A stretch of DNA of 64,000 nt from Candidatus Magasanikiibacteriota bacterium. Its GTDB lineage: Bacteria; Patescibacteriota; Patescibacteriia; Magasanikbacterales; UBA922. The position numbers and the translations under genes are program-made. The stretch spans positions 452,948 through 516,947 of the forward strand of contig JAKITS010000001.1 of assembly GCA_021648085.1 (NCBI GenBank), in the 5' to 3' direction. Below, piece by piece: positions 37,472 through 46,816 of this stretch. The stretch's first letter is position 1. Each line of letters begins with the position of its first letter. The notes under the pieces were generated by a model. The model did no database searches. It was not told the DNA's origin and saw only the letters and a program-made list of their open reading frames with translations.

Positions 37472-39229
37472 ATGGAAACACATTGGGATATAATGCCAAA
37501 AACTCCAGAGGATATTTTTGAGAAGTTAAATGCTTTGCCAAAATTAGTTTCCACACTCCTCTACAATAGAAATATAAAAACTACCAAAGAGGCAGATGAA
37601 TTTTTGAATCCTGTTTACTCCAAAAATGTTCATGATCCTTTCTTGTTTCAAGATATGCAAAAAGCTGTGGATAGAATTTTTATAGCAATAGAAAAAAAGG
37701 AGAACATAATAATATATGGAGACTACGATGCAGATGGAATTTCTAGTGCAATACTTTTAGACTCTATAATTGAAAAATTGGGAGGAGGAGTAAGTGTATT
37801 TTTACCGCACAGACAAAATGACGGATACGGGTTAAATATAAAAAATATTGAGCAATTTGCAAAAGATGAAGTAAACCTAATAATAACTTGCGACTGCGGG
37901 ATAAGTAACAGAAATGAAGTTAAAAAAGCAAAAAAACTAGGAATAGATACAATAATCACAGATCATCACACAGTTCCAGATATTTTACCAGATGCAGTTG
38001 CAGTAATTCATCCCGGTATAAAAAACACAACATATCCAGATAACACTTTGGCTGGTGCGGGTGTTGCTTTTAAACTTCTACAAGGACTTTTAAAACACCA
38101 CAAAAAAACAAACGAAGTCTTACCAGATGGAGAAAAACACGAAGCATTTGAAAAATGGTCACTTGATATGGTCGCGATTGCCACAGTTGCCGATATGGTC
38201 CCTTTGAAAGGAGAATCACGAACTTTAACCAAATATGGACTACTCGTACTAAACAAAACAAGAAGAGCTGGACTTCAAAAATTATATGTAGAAGCAAGGA
38301 TTGCAGAAGTAGATGGAAAACTGAAAAAAAGAATTACAGAAGAAACAATTGGTTTTTATATAGCACCTCGAATAAATGCTGCCGGAAGAATTTCACACCC
38401 AAAAATTGCCTTTGACTTATTAAAAACAAAAAGTAAAACAAATGCTGTAGACTTAGCCTATTTATTGGATACTCACAATAAAAATAGAAGGCAAGAAACA
38501 GAAATTATCTTAAAAGACGCACTTCATATTGTAGAAAAAGAACAATACGACAAAGAAGTTTTATGTGTAATTGGAAAAAATTGGTCTAGCGGACTAGTTG
38601 GGCTTGTTGCAAGCAAATTGAAAGAAAAATACAATAGACCTGCACTCGTTGTATCTCATACTCAATCTCTGGTTGGTTCTGGGAGAAGTATCACAGGCTT
38701 CAATATGATAGAAGCTATGCAAAAAATGCCAGAATTTTTTGTTAAATTTGGCGGACATCCTATGGCTTGTGGATTCACCTTAAAACACATTGATATTGTA
38801 GAAGATTTTCAAAATAGCTTAATAAAATATTTCCTAGAAACAGGAGACAAAGATAGACGAAAAGTAATCAAAATTGACACAGAAGTAGATTTGGAAAAAT
38901 TGGACTGGGATATGTACAATTATGTCCAAAGATTTGAACCTTTTGGAAAAGACAATGAAAAACCAAAATACCTTGCAAACGAACTTACAATTACACACAT
39001 ACAACAAATGGGAAAAGGTGGAAAACATGTTCGACTAATGGTAAAACACAGATCCCAAAGAATTTTTAAAGTAGTTGGTTGGAATTTATGTGGTAGAAAA
39101 GAAAAAGATTGGTGTCAAATTTTACGAATTGGTGATAAAATAGACATAGTTTTTGAACTTGGGATAAATGAGTGGAATGGAACAACAGAACTACAAAGAA
39201 CTATAATCGACATTAGAAAAACTACATAA
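37472..39229 (+). CDS. recJ: ssDNA exonuclease RecJ
   Basis: YGDYDADG, TCDCG, TDHH, PRINAAGR, FGGH. Confidence 0.97.
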   Translation: METHWDIMPKTPEDIFEKLNALPKLVSTLLYNRNIKTTKEADEFLNPVYSKNVHDPFLFQDMQKAVDRIFIAIEKKENIIIYGDYDADGISSAILLDSIIEKLGGGVSVFLPHRQNDGYGLNIKNIEQFAKDEVNLIITCDCGISNRNEVKKAKKLGIDTIITDHHTVPDILPDAVAVIHPGIKNTTYPDNTLAGAGVAFKLLQGLLKHHKKTNEVLPDGEKHEAFEKWSLDMVAIATVADMVPLKGESRTLTKYGLLVLNKTRRAGLQKLYVEARIAEVDGKLKKRITEETIGFYIAPRINAAGRISHPKIAFDLLKTKSKTNAVDLAYLLDTHNKNRRQETEIILKDALHIVEKEQYDKEVLCVIGKNWSSGLVGLVASKLKEKYNRPALVVSHTQSLVGSGRSITGFNMIEAMQKMPEFFVKFGGHPMACGFTLKHIDIVEDFQNSLIKYFLETGDKDRRKVIKIDTEVDLEKLDWDMYNYVQRFEPFGKDNEKPKYLANELTITHIQQMGKGGKHVRLMVKHRSQRIFKVVGWNLCGRKEKDWCQILRIGDKIDIVFELGINEWNGTTELQRTIIDIRKTT

Positions 39230-39241
39230 TTATATTATACT

Positions 39242-39643
39242 ATGAAATTAAAAATTTATTCAGACGGTGGAGCAAGAGGAAATCCTGGTCCATCTGCAAC
39301 AGGAGTTGTAATAAAAAATAAAGCAGGGAAAATTGTTGCAGAATATGGTGAATATCTAGGAAAACAAACAAACAACTTTGCTGAGTATTCTGCTTTTATC
39401 TCTGGTCTAAAAAAAGCAAAGATACTCGGAGCAACCGAGGTAGAATCACTTGTGGATAGTCAGCTATTAGAAAAACAAATGAAAAGAGAGTGGAAAGTGA
39501 AAGAACCGACACTACAAAAACTTTTTGTAGAAGGCTGGAATGCAATGCAAGAATTCAAAAAAGTGGAAATAAAACACATTCGAAGAGAATTCAACAAAGA
39601 AGCAGACGCTTGGGTGAATAAAATTCTTGATCAACAAAAATAA
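39242..39643 (+). CDS. rnhA: Ribonuclease HI family
   Basis: SDGGARGNPG, TNNFAEY, DSQL, REFNKEAD. Confidence 0.92.
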   Translation: MKLKIYSDGGARGNPGPSATGVVIKNKAGKIVAEYGEYLGKQTNNFAEYSAFISGLKKAKILGATEVESLVDSQLLEKQMKREWKVKEPTLQKLFVEGWNAMQEFKKVEIKHIRREFNKEADAWVNKILDQQK

Positions 39644-39694
39644 ACAAAAAAACAGTCAAAATTTTGACTGTTTTTTAATAAAAATAAGTTTAAG

Positions 39695-40174
39695 TTAAGA
39701 TAAATTTCCAAAAAATATAATAATAAGAAAAACAACACCAATTACAACTAAAATTTTCTGCAGCCAGTTAAATTTTTTAGGTTTTAATTTTGGATTTTCT
39801 ACTTTATAAAATCTATTCATATTTTTTACCAAAGGTAGTAACGGTATAAAAGTAAAAAATGAAATCATCCAAAAAGGATTTGGTAAGATATATAAAATTG
39901 ACAATATAAAATAAATCATACCTATATTTTTTGAATCGGATTTTTCTATTTTTAAATCTTTATCTTTTAAAAATTCTTGGAAATTCTTTGCAAAATCTCC
40001 AGCATAAAAAGGAGAAAAAAAAGCTCTCCAAAAAGGATTAATATTCATCTTCTTTTTATTTTTTAATAATTTCCAACCCCTATAAAACCAAACTAATTCG
40101 TAAATTCCAAAAGTTATAAGAGAGAGTAGAATAAAATTATTAATAGGAATAATTTTTACTTTTTGTTTTGGCAT
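39695..40174 (-). CDS. Membrane protein (DUF4234-like)
   Basis: LLSLITFGIYxxxWFY motif; several TM helices; no SD. Confidence 0.65.
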   Translation of the reverse strand: MPKQKVKIIPINNFILLSLITFGIYELVWFYRGWKLLKNKKKMNINPFWRAFFSPFYAGDFAKNFQEFLKDKDLKIEKSDSKNIGMIYFILSILYILPNPFWMISFFTFIPLLPLVKNMNRFYKVENPKLKPKKFNWLQKILVVIGVVFLIIIFFGNLS

Positions 40175-40249
40175 ATTTTAAATTATATAAACTACACTTA
40201 CATTATAACAATAAAAAAGATGCAAAAAAAATTGCATCTTATATTTTTA

Positions 40250-40753
40250 CTAAAGCTGTTTAAAACCAGCATCCCTAAACTCTTGCATTAAAACGACTAA
40301 AACAGAATCTAACTCTTTGGGCATATAATAAAAAATTATATCAAATTCATTATCCAAATAATCGAATTTTTTATGTAAAATAAACAAAGAAAACTTTGAA
40401 GCCTCAATTTCAAAATATACCATCTGTTCTTGGTACACATCTTCACTTATAAAATCGTCTGGCACATAATTTGTATGCCCTAAAGCGTGATGCCCCACTT
40501 CATGAAAAAAAACAAACCACTGAAACTCTTTTGGAAATCTTTTCAAATAATCTGGATTTAGAAATAAAAAAGGCACACTAGCCTCCCAATTAAAACTACA
40601 CCCAGCATTTGTATTATGACTATCTACAATTATCAATTTTGTACCTTCATAATTATAAAACTGCTCTTTTGGAATGTCAACCTCATAGTACAAATTTGCG
40701 GACGAACAACCAAATATAAAGATCGCGAACAGAACAAAAGTTACATTTCTCAT
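40250..40753 (-). CDS. Putative lipoprotein zinc metallopeptidase (orphan unit)
   Basis: Lipobox-like IFGC; FHEVGHH (HExxH) with a downstream EIEA; AGGAGGTG SD; TTGACA-17-TAATGT. Confidence 0.7.
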   Translation of the reverse strand: MRNVTFVLFAIFIFGCSSANLYYEVDIPKEQFYNYEGTKLIIVDSHNTNAGCSFNWEASVPFLFLNPDYLKRFPKEFQWFVFFHEVGHHALGHTNYVPDDFISEDVYQEQMVYFEIEASKFSLFILHKKFDYLDNEFDIIFYYMPKELDSVLVVLMQEFRDAGFKQL

Positions 40754-40772
40754 CTTTCACCTCCTACAAAAC

Positions 40773-40836
40773 ACATTAGCAAAAATCTACTATTTTGTCA
40801 ATCTAAGTTGACAAAACAAAAAAAATATGATACTGT
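40773..40836. promoter_or_regulatory. Back-to-back divergent consensus sigma70 promoters
   Basis: TGTCAA-TCTAAG-TTGACA; each -35 has a 17-bp spacer and an extended -10 (TGcTAATGT, TGaTACTGT). Confidence 0.7.
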
Positions 40837-40873
40837 TTTAATGTTCTTTTATACCCAAACTAGGAGAAGATAA

Positions 40874-41161
40874 GTGAAAATTTTACCAATAATCTCACCA
40901 AAAGTGCTTGCTATAAGACTTTTAAAAATTAGCGAGCAGATCTCAAATACAGAAGACAAGTTTGAAAAAATTCAAAAGCTATTAAATACACCCATTAATA
41001 TAACTTTAGAAATTTTATCTTTTTTAATCTTAATCACTATGGTTTTAGGAAATAAACCAAGATTTTTATTAAAATTCATAGAAATGTATGTTGAAAGTAT
41101 TATTTTTAACAAAAAACATGAGTTAGATAAATTTTTCAACAATGAGGTATGTAGACCATAA
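40874..41161 (+). CDS. Hypothetical protein (orphan unit)
   Basis: AGGAG SD, GTG start; terminator AAACCCTACA-N6-TGTAGGGTTT. Confidence 0.55.
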   Translation: MKILPIISPKVLAIRLLKISEQISNTEDKFEKIQKLLNTPINITLEILSFLILITMVLGNKPRFLLKFIEMYVESIIFNKKHELDKFFNNEVCRP

Positions 41162-41261
41162 AAAATAAACCCTACACAAAAATGTAGGGTTTTTTATTGA
41201 CTAAATCTACTTTTTTAGATACTCTATACTCAGTCGACCTTTACAAACAACGGAGTGAAAG

Positions 41262-41930
41262 ATGGAAAAATTACAAATTCTTATTGCACTTAGCGCAAAA
41301 GATAAAAAAAGTGATCCACTAAATCAATCATTAATTTTTACCGAGGATTTTAAAATTTTTGCTATTTTTAGCCAAGAACAATTCCAAAAACTAACATATT
41401 TGTACGAAATTAGTTTTGATAACACAGAAACACAAAACCTCTTACCTACTCATTCTGAAAAAGAGGTAATTGAGATAAATTGTGATCCAAACACAAACCC
41501 AGCACTATATTTAATGTTTATGGATTTGAGTGATCTGTACACAATAAGAGTAAAGATGGAAAAAGATTTAGGAAAAATATTAGGAATAGAAGCAAAAAAA
41601 ACTTATTTATTCAATACATTGTTCCCCTTAAAAACAGATTTTGACAAAGATGTTTCTGAAAATCCTATTCAAGATACTGAAATTCCAAAAGAAGTAAAGT
41701 TTGAAGAAACTCCATTTTGTAAATCTTGTGATAATTTAGAACCTTTTACACCAACAATAACACTAAATGTTGGAGAATTTTGCCTAAAATGTTGTGACTT
41801 CCCTATTGGAAATAGTATTGCAAAACAAAGAATAAAACTTGCAATAACAAAAAGAAGGGTTCAACTTCAAATGGATTATTACTATCTAAAAGCAGAAGGA
41901 TTAGAAATAGAACTTTCAGACCTTCCATAA
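41262..41930 (+). CDS. Hypothetical protein with C-terminal Cys cluster (orphan unit)
   Basis: CKSC...CLKCC; TTGACT-17-TACTCT; GGAG SD; terminator at ~41936-41964. Confidence 0.65.
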   Translation: MEKLQILIALSAKDKKSDPLNQSLIFTEDFKIFAIFSQEQFQKLTYLYEISFDNTETQNLLPTHSEKEVIEINCDPNTNPALYLMFMDLSDLYTIRVKMEKDLGKILGIEAKKTYLFNTLFPLKTDFDKDVSENPIQDTEIPKEVKFEETPFCKSCDNLEPFTPTITLNVGEFCLKCCDFPIGNSIAKQRIKLAITKRRVQLQMDYYYLKAEGLEIELSDLP

Positions 41931-41983
41931 ATCAAAAACCCTGCACAAATTGCGGGGTCTTTTTATTTTCAAATAAATTAATT

Positions 41984-43063
41984 TTACAATTCACTTTCCA
42001 ATTCTTTCAACAACTTTTTCGCTTTTCTGCTTACTCTTTTTGGAATGTTTACAATTACCTTCAAAAAGTGATCTCCTCTTCCAGATCTATTTAATCTGTG
42101 TGCACCTAAACCTCTCAAACGAATTTGCTGTCCAGACTGAGTTCCAGATGGTACTACCACTTTTTTCTTGCCATCCACTGTGTTTACCTCTACTGTCTCA
42201 CCCAAAACTGCCTGTGGATAATTTACAGTCAAATTAGAATAAATATCTGCCCCACTCCTTTTAAATTCTTTGTGAGATTTAACATGCACAACCACATACA
42301 AATCTCCAGAAGTCGCATTTTTACCTAAGTTCTCCCCTTTTCCAGAGATTCTTATAGTTTCACCGTTACTTATCCCAGCAGGAATTTTGAATTTATAGCT
42401 TGATGCACTTTTTTCAAAACCACGACCATTGCAGTGTTTACATTCTTTTTCTGCCTTATCCCCCACACCATTACAGCTTGAGCAAACTGCATTTGTTTGT
42501 ATGGCACCCAGAATTGTCTGTTGAACTCTAGAAACTTGTCCCTGTCCATTACACTCTCTACAAGTTTTTATATTTGAACCGGGTTCTGCACCACTTCCAG
42601 CACAAACATCACAATTATTATTTTTTGTTAAATTTATTTCTCTTTCAATTCCAAAAACTGCGTCTTCAAAACTAATCTCAATATCAACCTGAATATCTTT
42701 TCCTCTTTTTCCTTTTCTGTTTCTATTTCCTCCAAATCCAAACAAGTCTCCCACTATATCTCCAAAATCAAACTGAAATCCCCCTCCACTTTGTCCGCGA
42801 GAAGCATTCATAAAGTCTTCCCAACCAGCTCCACCACCAAATCCACCTTGCTGATCAAAATTAGACCCAAACTGATCATATTTTTGTCTTTTTTCTGGTT
42901 TACCCAAAACTTGGTAAGCCTCATTTACCTCCTTAAATTTAGCCTCGTCCCCAGTTTTTTTATCCGGATGAAACTTGTGCGCCAACTTACGAAAAGCCTT
43001 TTTCACTTCATCATCCGTTGCACTCTTCTCCACTCCTAGAATTTTATAATAATCTTTTGACAT
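41984..43063 (-). CDS. dnaJ: Chaperone DnaJ
   Basis: HPD J-domain, G/F region, four CxxCxGxG. Confidence 0.98.
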   Translation of the reverse strand: MSKDYYKILGVEKSATDDEVKKAFRKLAHKFHPDKKTGDEAKFKEVNEAYQVLGKPEKRQKYDQFGSNFDQQGGFGGGAGWEDFMNASRGQSGGGFQFDFGDIVGDLFGFGGNRNRKGKRGKDIQVDIEISFEDAVFGIEREINLTKNNNCDVCAGSGAEPGSNIKTCRECNGQGQVSRVQQTILGAIQTNAVCSSCNGVGDKAEKECKHCNGRGFEKSASSYKFKIPAGISNGETIRISGKGENLGKNATSGDLYVVVHVKSHKEFKRSGADIYSNLTVNYPQAVLGETVEVNTVDGKKKVVVPSGTQSGQQIRLRGLGAHRLNRSGRGDHFLKVIVNIPKRVSRKAKKLLKELESEL

Positions 43064-43122
43064 AATTTATTTTAAAACCACGAACCCCGAGCAGTACTCA
43101 GGGTTCGGATGTTTTATGACGA

Positions 43123-45066
43123 TTATTTCTTTTCGTCTACTACTTCACCCTCAATTGTCTCACCTTCTTCTTTCTTTTCTTCTTTTCCTTCTGTTTTTGA
43201 AGTTTCAGCTTTTGCGTCTGCTTCCGTTTTAGCCTGTTCTTGTTGGTACATTTTTGTTCCAATAGCTTGTCCAGCAGTTGCCAAATCATCAGACGCTTTT
43301 TGAATAGCTTCCAAATCATCGCCATCTTTTACCTCTTTCAACTTCGCAAGTGATGCTTCTACACCTTTTTTCTCATCGTCTGTAAGTTCAATTTTCTTCT
43401 CTTCCACATCTTTCATCATTTTCTCAGTTGTGTACACCATTGTATCAGCTGTATTTTTTGCGTCAATTAGCTCACGCTTCTTTTTGTCGTCGTCTGCGTG
43501 TGCTTCTGCATCCTTTTTCATTCTTTCTATTTCCTCGTCAGAGAGACCGCTGGAAGCCTCAATACGAATTGACTGCTCTTTTCCTGTTGCCTTATCTTTT
43601 GCAGAAACATTCAAAATTCCATTTGCATCTATGTCAAAGTTTACCTCAATTTGTGGTACTCCGCGCGGTGCTGGTGGAATTCCATCCAACATAAACCTTC
43701 CCAAAGTCTTGTTGTCTCCTGCCATTTGTCTTTCACCTTGCAAAACATGAATTTCCACACTTGGCTGACTATCTGCTGCAGTTGAGAAAATCTGACTTTT
43801 TCCTGTAGGAATTGTTGTATTTCTCTCAATAAGTTTTGTCATTACAGAACCCATTGTCTCAATTCCAAGTGAAAGTGGAGTGACATCCAAAAGCAAAATC
43901 TCTTTGCCCAAATCACCTTGAAGCTGTCCAGCCTGAATTGCTGCTCCCAAAGCTACAACTTCATCTGGATTGATACTTACATTTGGTTTTTTACCAAAAA
44001 ATTCTTCTACTTTTTTCTGTACCAACGGCATACGAGTCATACCACCAACCAAAATCACTTCTTCAATATCTTTCTTATCATATCCAGAATCACTCAAAGC
44101 TTTTTTCACTGGCTCAAATGTTTTTTCTACCAACTCCATTACCAACTCTTCCAATTTAGCGCGAGTCAATTTCAATACCAAATGCTTTGGCCCATCTGTC
44201 CCAACTGTAATAAACGGCTCATTGATTTCTGTTTCTTTAGAGCTAGAAAGCTCAATTTTTGCTTTTTCTGCTGAATCCTTTACACGCTGAAGTGAAAGCG
44301 GATCATTTGATAAATCAATTCCCTCATTTTTCTTAAATTCACCTATAATCCAAGCAATAATCTTTTGGTCAAAGTCGTCTCCACCCAAATGAGTATCACC
44401 ACTTGTTGATTTTACCTCCACTGTAGAATTGTTGTCTTCCTTGTCATAAGAAATATCTAGAACTGAAACATCAAATGTTCCACCTCCCAAATCGTACACC
44501 AAAATCTGCTGGTCATTGTTCTTGTCAAAACCATACGCAAAAGCTGCTGCCGTTGGCTCGTTGATAATTCTACTCACCTTCAATCCTGCAATTTCTCCTG
44601 CATCTTTTGTTGCCTGTCTTTGTGAGTCGTCAAAATATGCTGGCACAGTAATAACTGCTTCTGTGATTTTTTCTCCCAATTTTTCTTCTGCGTCTGCTTT
44701 TAACTTTTGCAAAATCATTGCAGAAATTTCCTGTGGAGTATAAGTTTTATCACCCATTTTTACCTTTACTTTTTCACCGTCTGCTGTGATTTCGTAAGGC
44801 ACATGTTTTTTAATTTCATCCACTTCTTTATCTTTGATACTACGCCCAATAAGACGCTTGATAGAATAAAGTGTATTTTGTGGATTTGTGGTTCCTTGAC
44901 GCTTTGCAAGTTGCCCTGCCAAACGCTCACCACTCTTTGATACTGCGACCACAGACGGAGTGGTTCTGTTGCCCTCCTTACTTTCCAAAACTTTTGGCTG
45001 ACCACCTTCCACAATGGCCATACATGAATTAGTTGTTCCAAGGTCTATACCTAGAATTTTTCCCAT
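43123..45066 (-). CDS. dnaK: Chaperone DnaK
   Basis: [30 protein letters not shown]. Confidence 0.99.
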   Translation of the reverse strand: MGKILGIDLGTTNSCMAIVEGGQPKVLESKEGNRTTPSVVAVSKSGERLAGQLAKRQGTTNPQNTLYSIKRLIGRSIKDKEVDEIKKHVPYEITADGEKVKVKMGDKTYTPQEISAMILQKLKADAEEKLGEKITEAVITVPAYFDDSQRQATKDAGEIAGLKVSRIINEPTAAAFAYGFDKNNDQQILVYDLGGGTFDVSVLDISYDKEDNNSTVEVKSTSGDTHLGGDDFDQKIIAWIIGEFKKNEGIDLSNDPLSLQRVKDSAEKAKIELSSSKETEINEPFITVGTDGPKHLVLKLTRAKLEELVMELVEKTFEPVKKALSDSGYDKKDIEEVILVGGMTRMPLVQKKVEEFFGKKPNVSINPDEVVALGAAIQAGQLQGDLGKEILLLDVTPLSLGIETMGSVMTKLIERNTTIPTGKSQIFSTAADSQPSVEIHVLQGERQMAGDNKTLGRFMLDGIPPAPRGVPQIEVNFDIDANGILNVSAKDKATGKEQSIRIEASSGLSDEEIERMKKDAEAHADDDKKKRELIDAKNTADTMVYTTEKMMKDVEEKKIELTDDEKKGVEASLAKLKEVKDGDDLEAIQKASDDLATAGQAIGTKMYQQEQAKTEADAKAETSKTEGKEEKKEEGETIEGEVVDEKK

Positions 45067-45123
45067 ATAGTACTTTTACTTAATTTTTAAGGACTTGGCT
45101 GAAAATTTCAACCAAGAGACTTA

Positions 45124-45555
45124 CTAATTAATATTAATATCAATTTTCTTTATTTCTTTTTTTTCCTCCTTTATTGGACAGGTTATTTTCAAAACACCAT
45201 CTTTAAAATCTGCACTTATCTTTTCCTTATTTACAGTAGAAGGTAGAGAAATTTGCCTAAAAAACGAACCCATTCTTACCTCTTTTCTATAATAACTCTT
45301 ATCATCCACTTCATGCTCTTTTTTACTCTCACCTTTTATAGTTAGAACATTATCTTCCACAGAAATACTTACATCTTTTGGATTTATCCCTGCCAAAGGT
45401 GCTTCCACAACCACCCTTCCATTCTCCTCATAGACATCTACAGCTGGTATAAATGACTTTCTATTTATAGGGTTTCTATTTGGCAAAAAACGCTTCATCA
45501 TCTCTTCCATTTCTTCAAATGGATCTAACATTGGTCTCCACTTCATTATTGACAT
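45124..45555 (-). CDS. Hsp20/alpha-crystallin small heat shock protein
   Basis: PAVDVYE, GSFFRQISLP, ADFKDGVLKIT. Confidence 0.93.
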   Translation of the reverse strand: MSIMKWRPMLDPFEEMEEMMKRFLPNRNPINRKSFIPAVDVYEENGRVVVEAPLAGINPKDVSISVEDNVLTIKGESKKEHEVDDKSYYRKEVRMGSFFRQISLPSTVNKEKISADFKDGVLKITCPIKEEKKEIKKIDININ

Positions 45556-45559
45556 ATTT

Positions 45560-46033
45560 TTATTTATTTACTATCACTCTAGCAACTTTCAAAACCTTGT
45601 CGCCAACCTTATAACCAACACCAACTTCTTTCAAAATTTTTCCACTTTCAAACTCTTCTGAATCTTCCTCACTTACAGCCTCGTGAAATTCTGGATTAAA
45701 ATCTTCTCCAACAGTTTTTATTACTTCTATCCCATTTTGAGTCAAAATATCTTCAAACTGTTTCATTATAAATCCAATTCCTTTTGACCAACTCTCCCAA
45801 TTCTTGTCTTCTGGCAAATTGTCTTTATGTGCAAAAGCTGTTGTAAAATTATCAAATACTGGTAAAAAATCTTCTATTACTTGAACCTTACTCATCTTTG
45901 CCCAAACAATTCTTTGCTCAGAAACTTCCTTTTGCAAATTCTGATAATCAGCCTGCGCGCGTAAAGCCATATTTTTATATTCCTGTATTTTACTTTTCTT
46001 TTTTGCAGGTTTTATTATTTTTTCTTTTTTCAT
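45560..46033 (-). CDS. grpE: Nucleotide exchange factor GrpE
   Basis: RAQADYQN, FNPEFHEAV, GYKVGDKVL..A.V. Confidence 0.95.
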   Translation of the reverse strand: MKKEKIIKPAKKKSKIQEYKNMALRAQADYQNLQKEVSEQRIVWAKMSKVQVIEDFLPVFDNFTTAFAHKDNLPEDKNWESWSKGIGFIMKQFEDILTQNGIEVIKTVGEDFNPEFHEAVSEEDSEEFESGKILKEVGVGYKVGDKVLKVARVIVNK

Positions 46034-46707
46034 AATTTACTAATCAAAAATTTTAATATAGCTATATTTTTCTCATAATCCATTCTAGTTGGACCAATCA
46101 ATATAAACAAACCCTCTTCTCCAAATCTTGCAATAATACTAGAGCAAGATGAGCCGAGCGGATTTTCTCTACCTATTAAAACACTCGTTTTATTCTGCTC
46201 TATTTTACCCAAAAGATTATAAACTATTTCTTCACATTTATCAAACATTACAGATGTGTTTAGAGTATTTATATGATTTTTAAATTCTGGCTGTGAAAAT
46301 AAATTGGAAATTCCTGTGTAGTAAACAGAATTACTATTAAAAGCCACAAAAACGGCATTGTTTAAAAATTCTGCAACCTCTTGAGCTATTTTTTTTACCC
46401 TATCGCAACCTTCAAAATTCACTATTTCACTTTTTTCCAACACTTCCTTAAACTCACCAATTCCTACTGGTTTTATTATATTCTCAACATAAAACTTATA
46501 CCCTTTTTCTGTAGGAATTCTTCCTGCAGAAGTATGAGGATGAGTCAAAAATCCTTCAGATTCAAGCTCTCGCATCTCATTTCGAACTGTCGGTGCACTT
46601 ACATCCAAACTCCCGCTGTTTGCTAAGAATTTAGATCCAACTGGCTCTACAGTTTTTATATAATTTTCTATGATAAGTTTTAGTAATTTTTTCTTTCTTT
46701 CTTTCAT
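46030..46707 (-). CDS. hrcA: Heat-inducible transcription repressor HrcA (short form)
   Basis: PVGSK, SAPTVRNEM, PHTSAGRIPTEKGY, GPTRMDY. Confidence 0.93.
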   Translation of the reverse strand: MKERKKKLLKLIIENYIKTVEPVGSKFLANSGSLDVSAPTVRNEMRELESEGFLTHPHTSAGRIPTEKGYKFYVENIIKPVGIGEFKEVLEKSEIVNFEGCDRVKKIAQEVAEFLNNAVFVAFNSNSVYYTGISNLFSQPEFKNHINTLNTSVMFDKCEEIVYNLLGKIEQNKTSVLIGRENPLGSSCSSIIARFGEEGLFILIGPTRMDYEKNIAILKFLISKL

Positions 46708-46710
46708 ATA

Positions 46711-46764
46711 TTATCACTCTAACCTATTGAGTGATAATATATCACATCTATTTTTTAGTGTCAA
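46711..46764 (-). promoter_or_regulatory. Variant CIRCE operator and sigma70 promoter of the hrcA operon
   Basis: TTATCACTC-N9-GAGTGATAA at 46711-46737 (consensus TTAGCACTC-N9-GAGTGCTAA); TTGACA-17-TATATT overlaps it. Confidence 0.88.
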
Positions 46765-46816
46765 GAAAAAATAATAATAGAGTATTTTACAAACTCTATT
46801 ATTAATAAAAACATAA

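Noticed and set aside
15228-41964. Orphan-unit terminators as integron attC sites
   Set aside because: They share only loose AAAC...GTTT similarity, lack the RYYYAAC/GTTRRRY R/L box structure, and no integron integrase is present.
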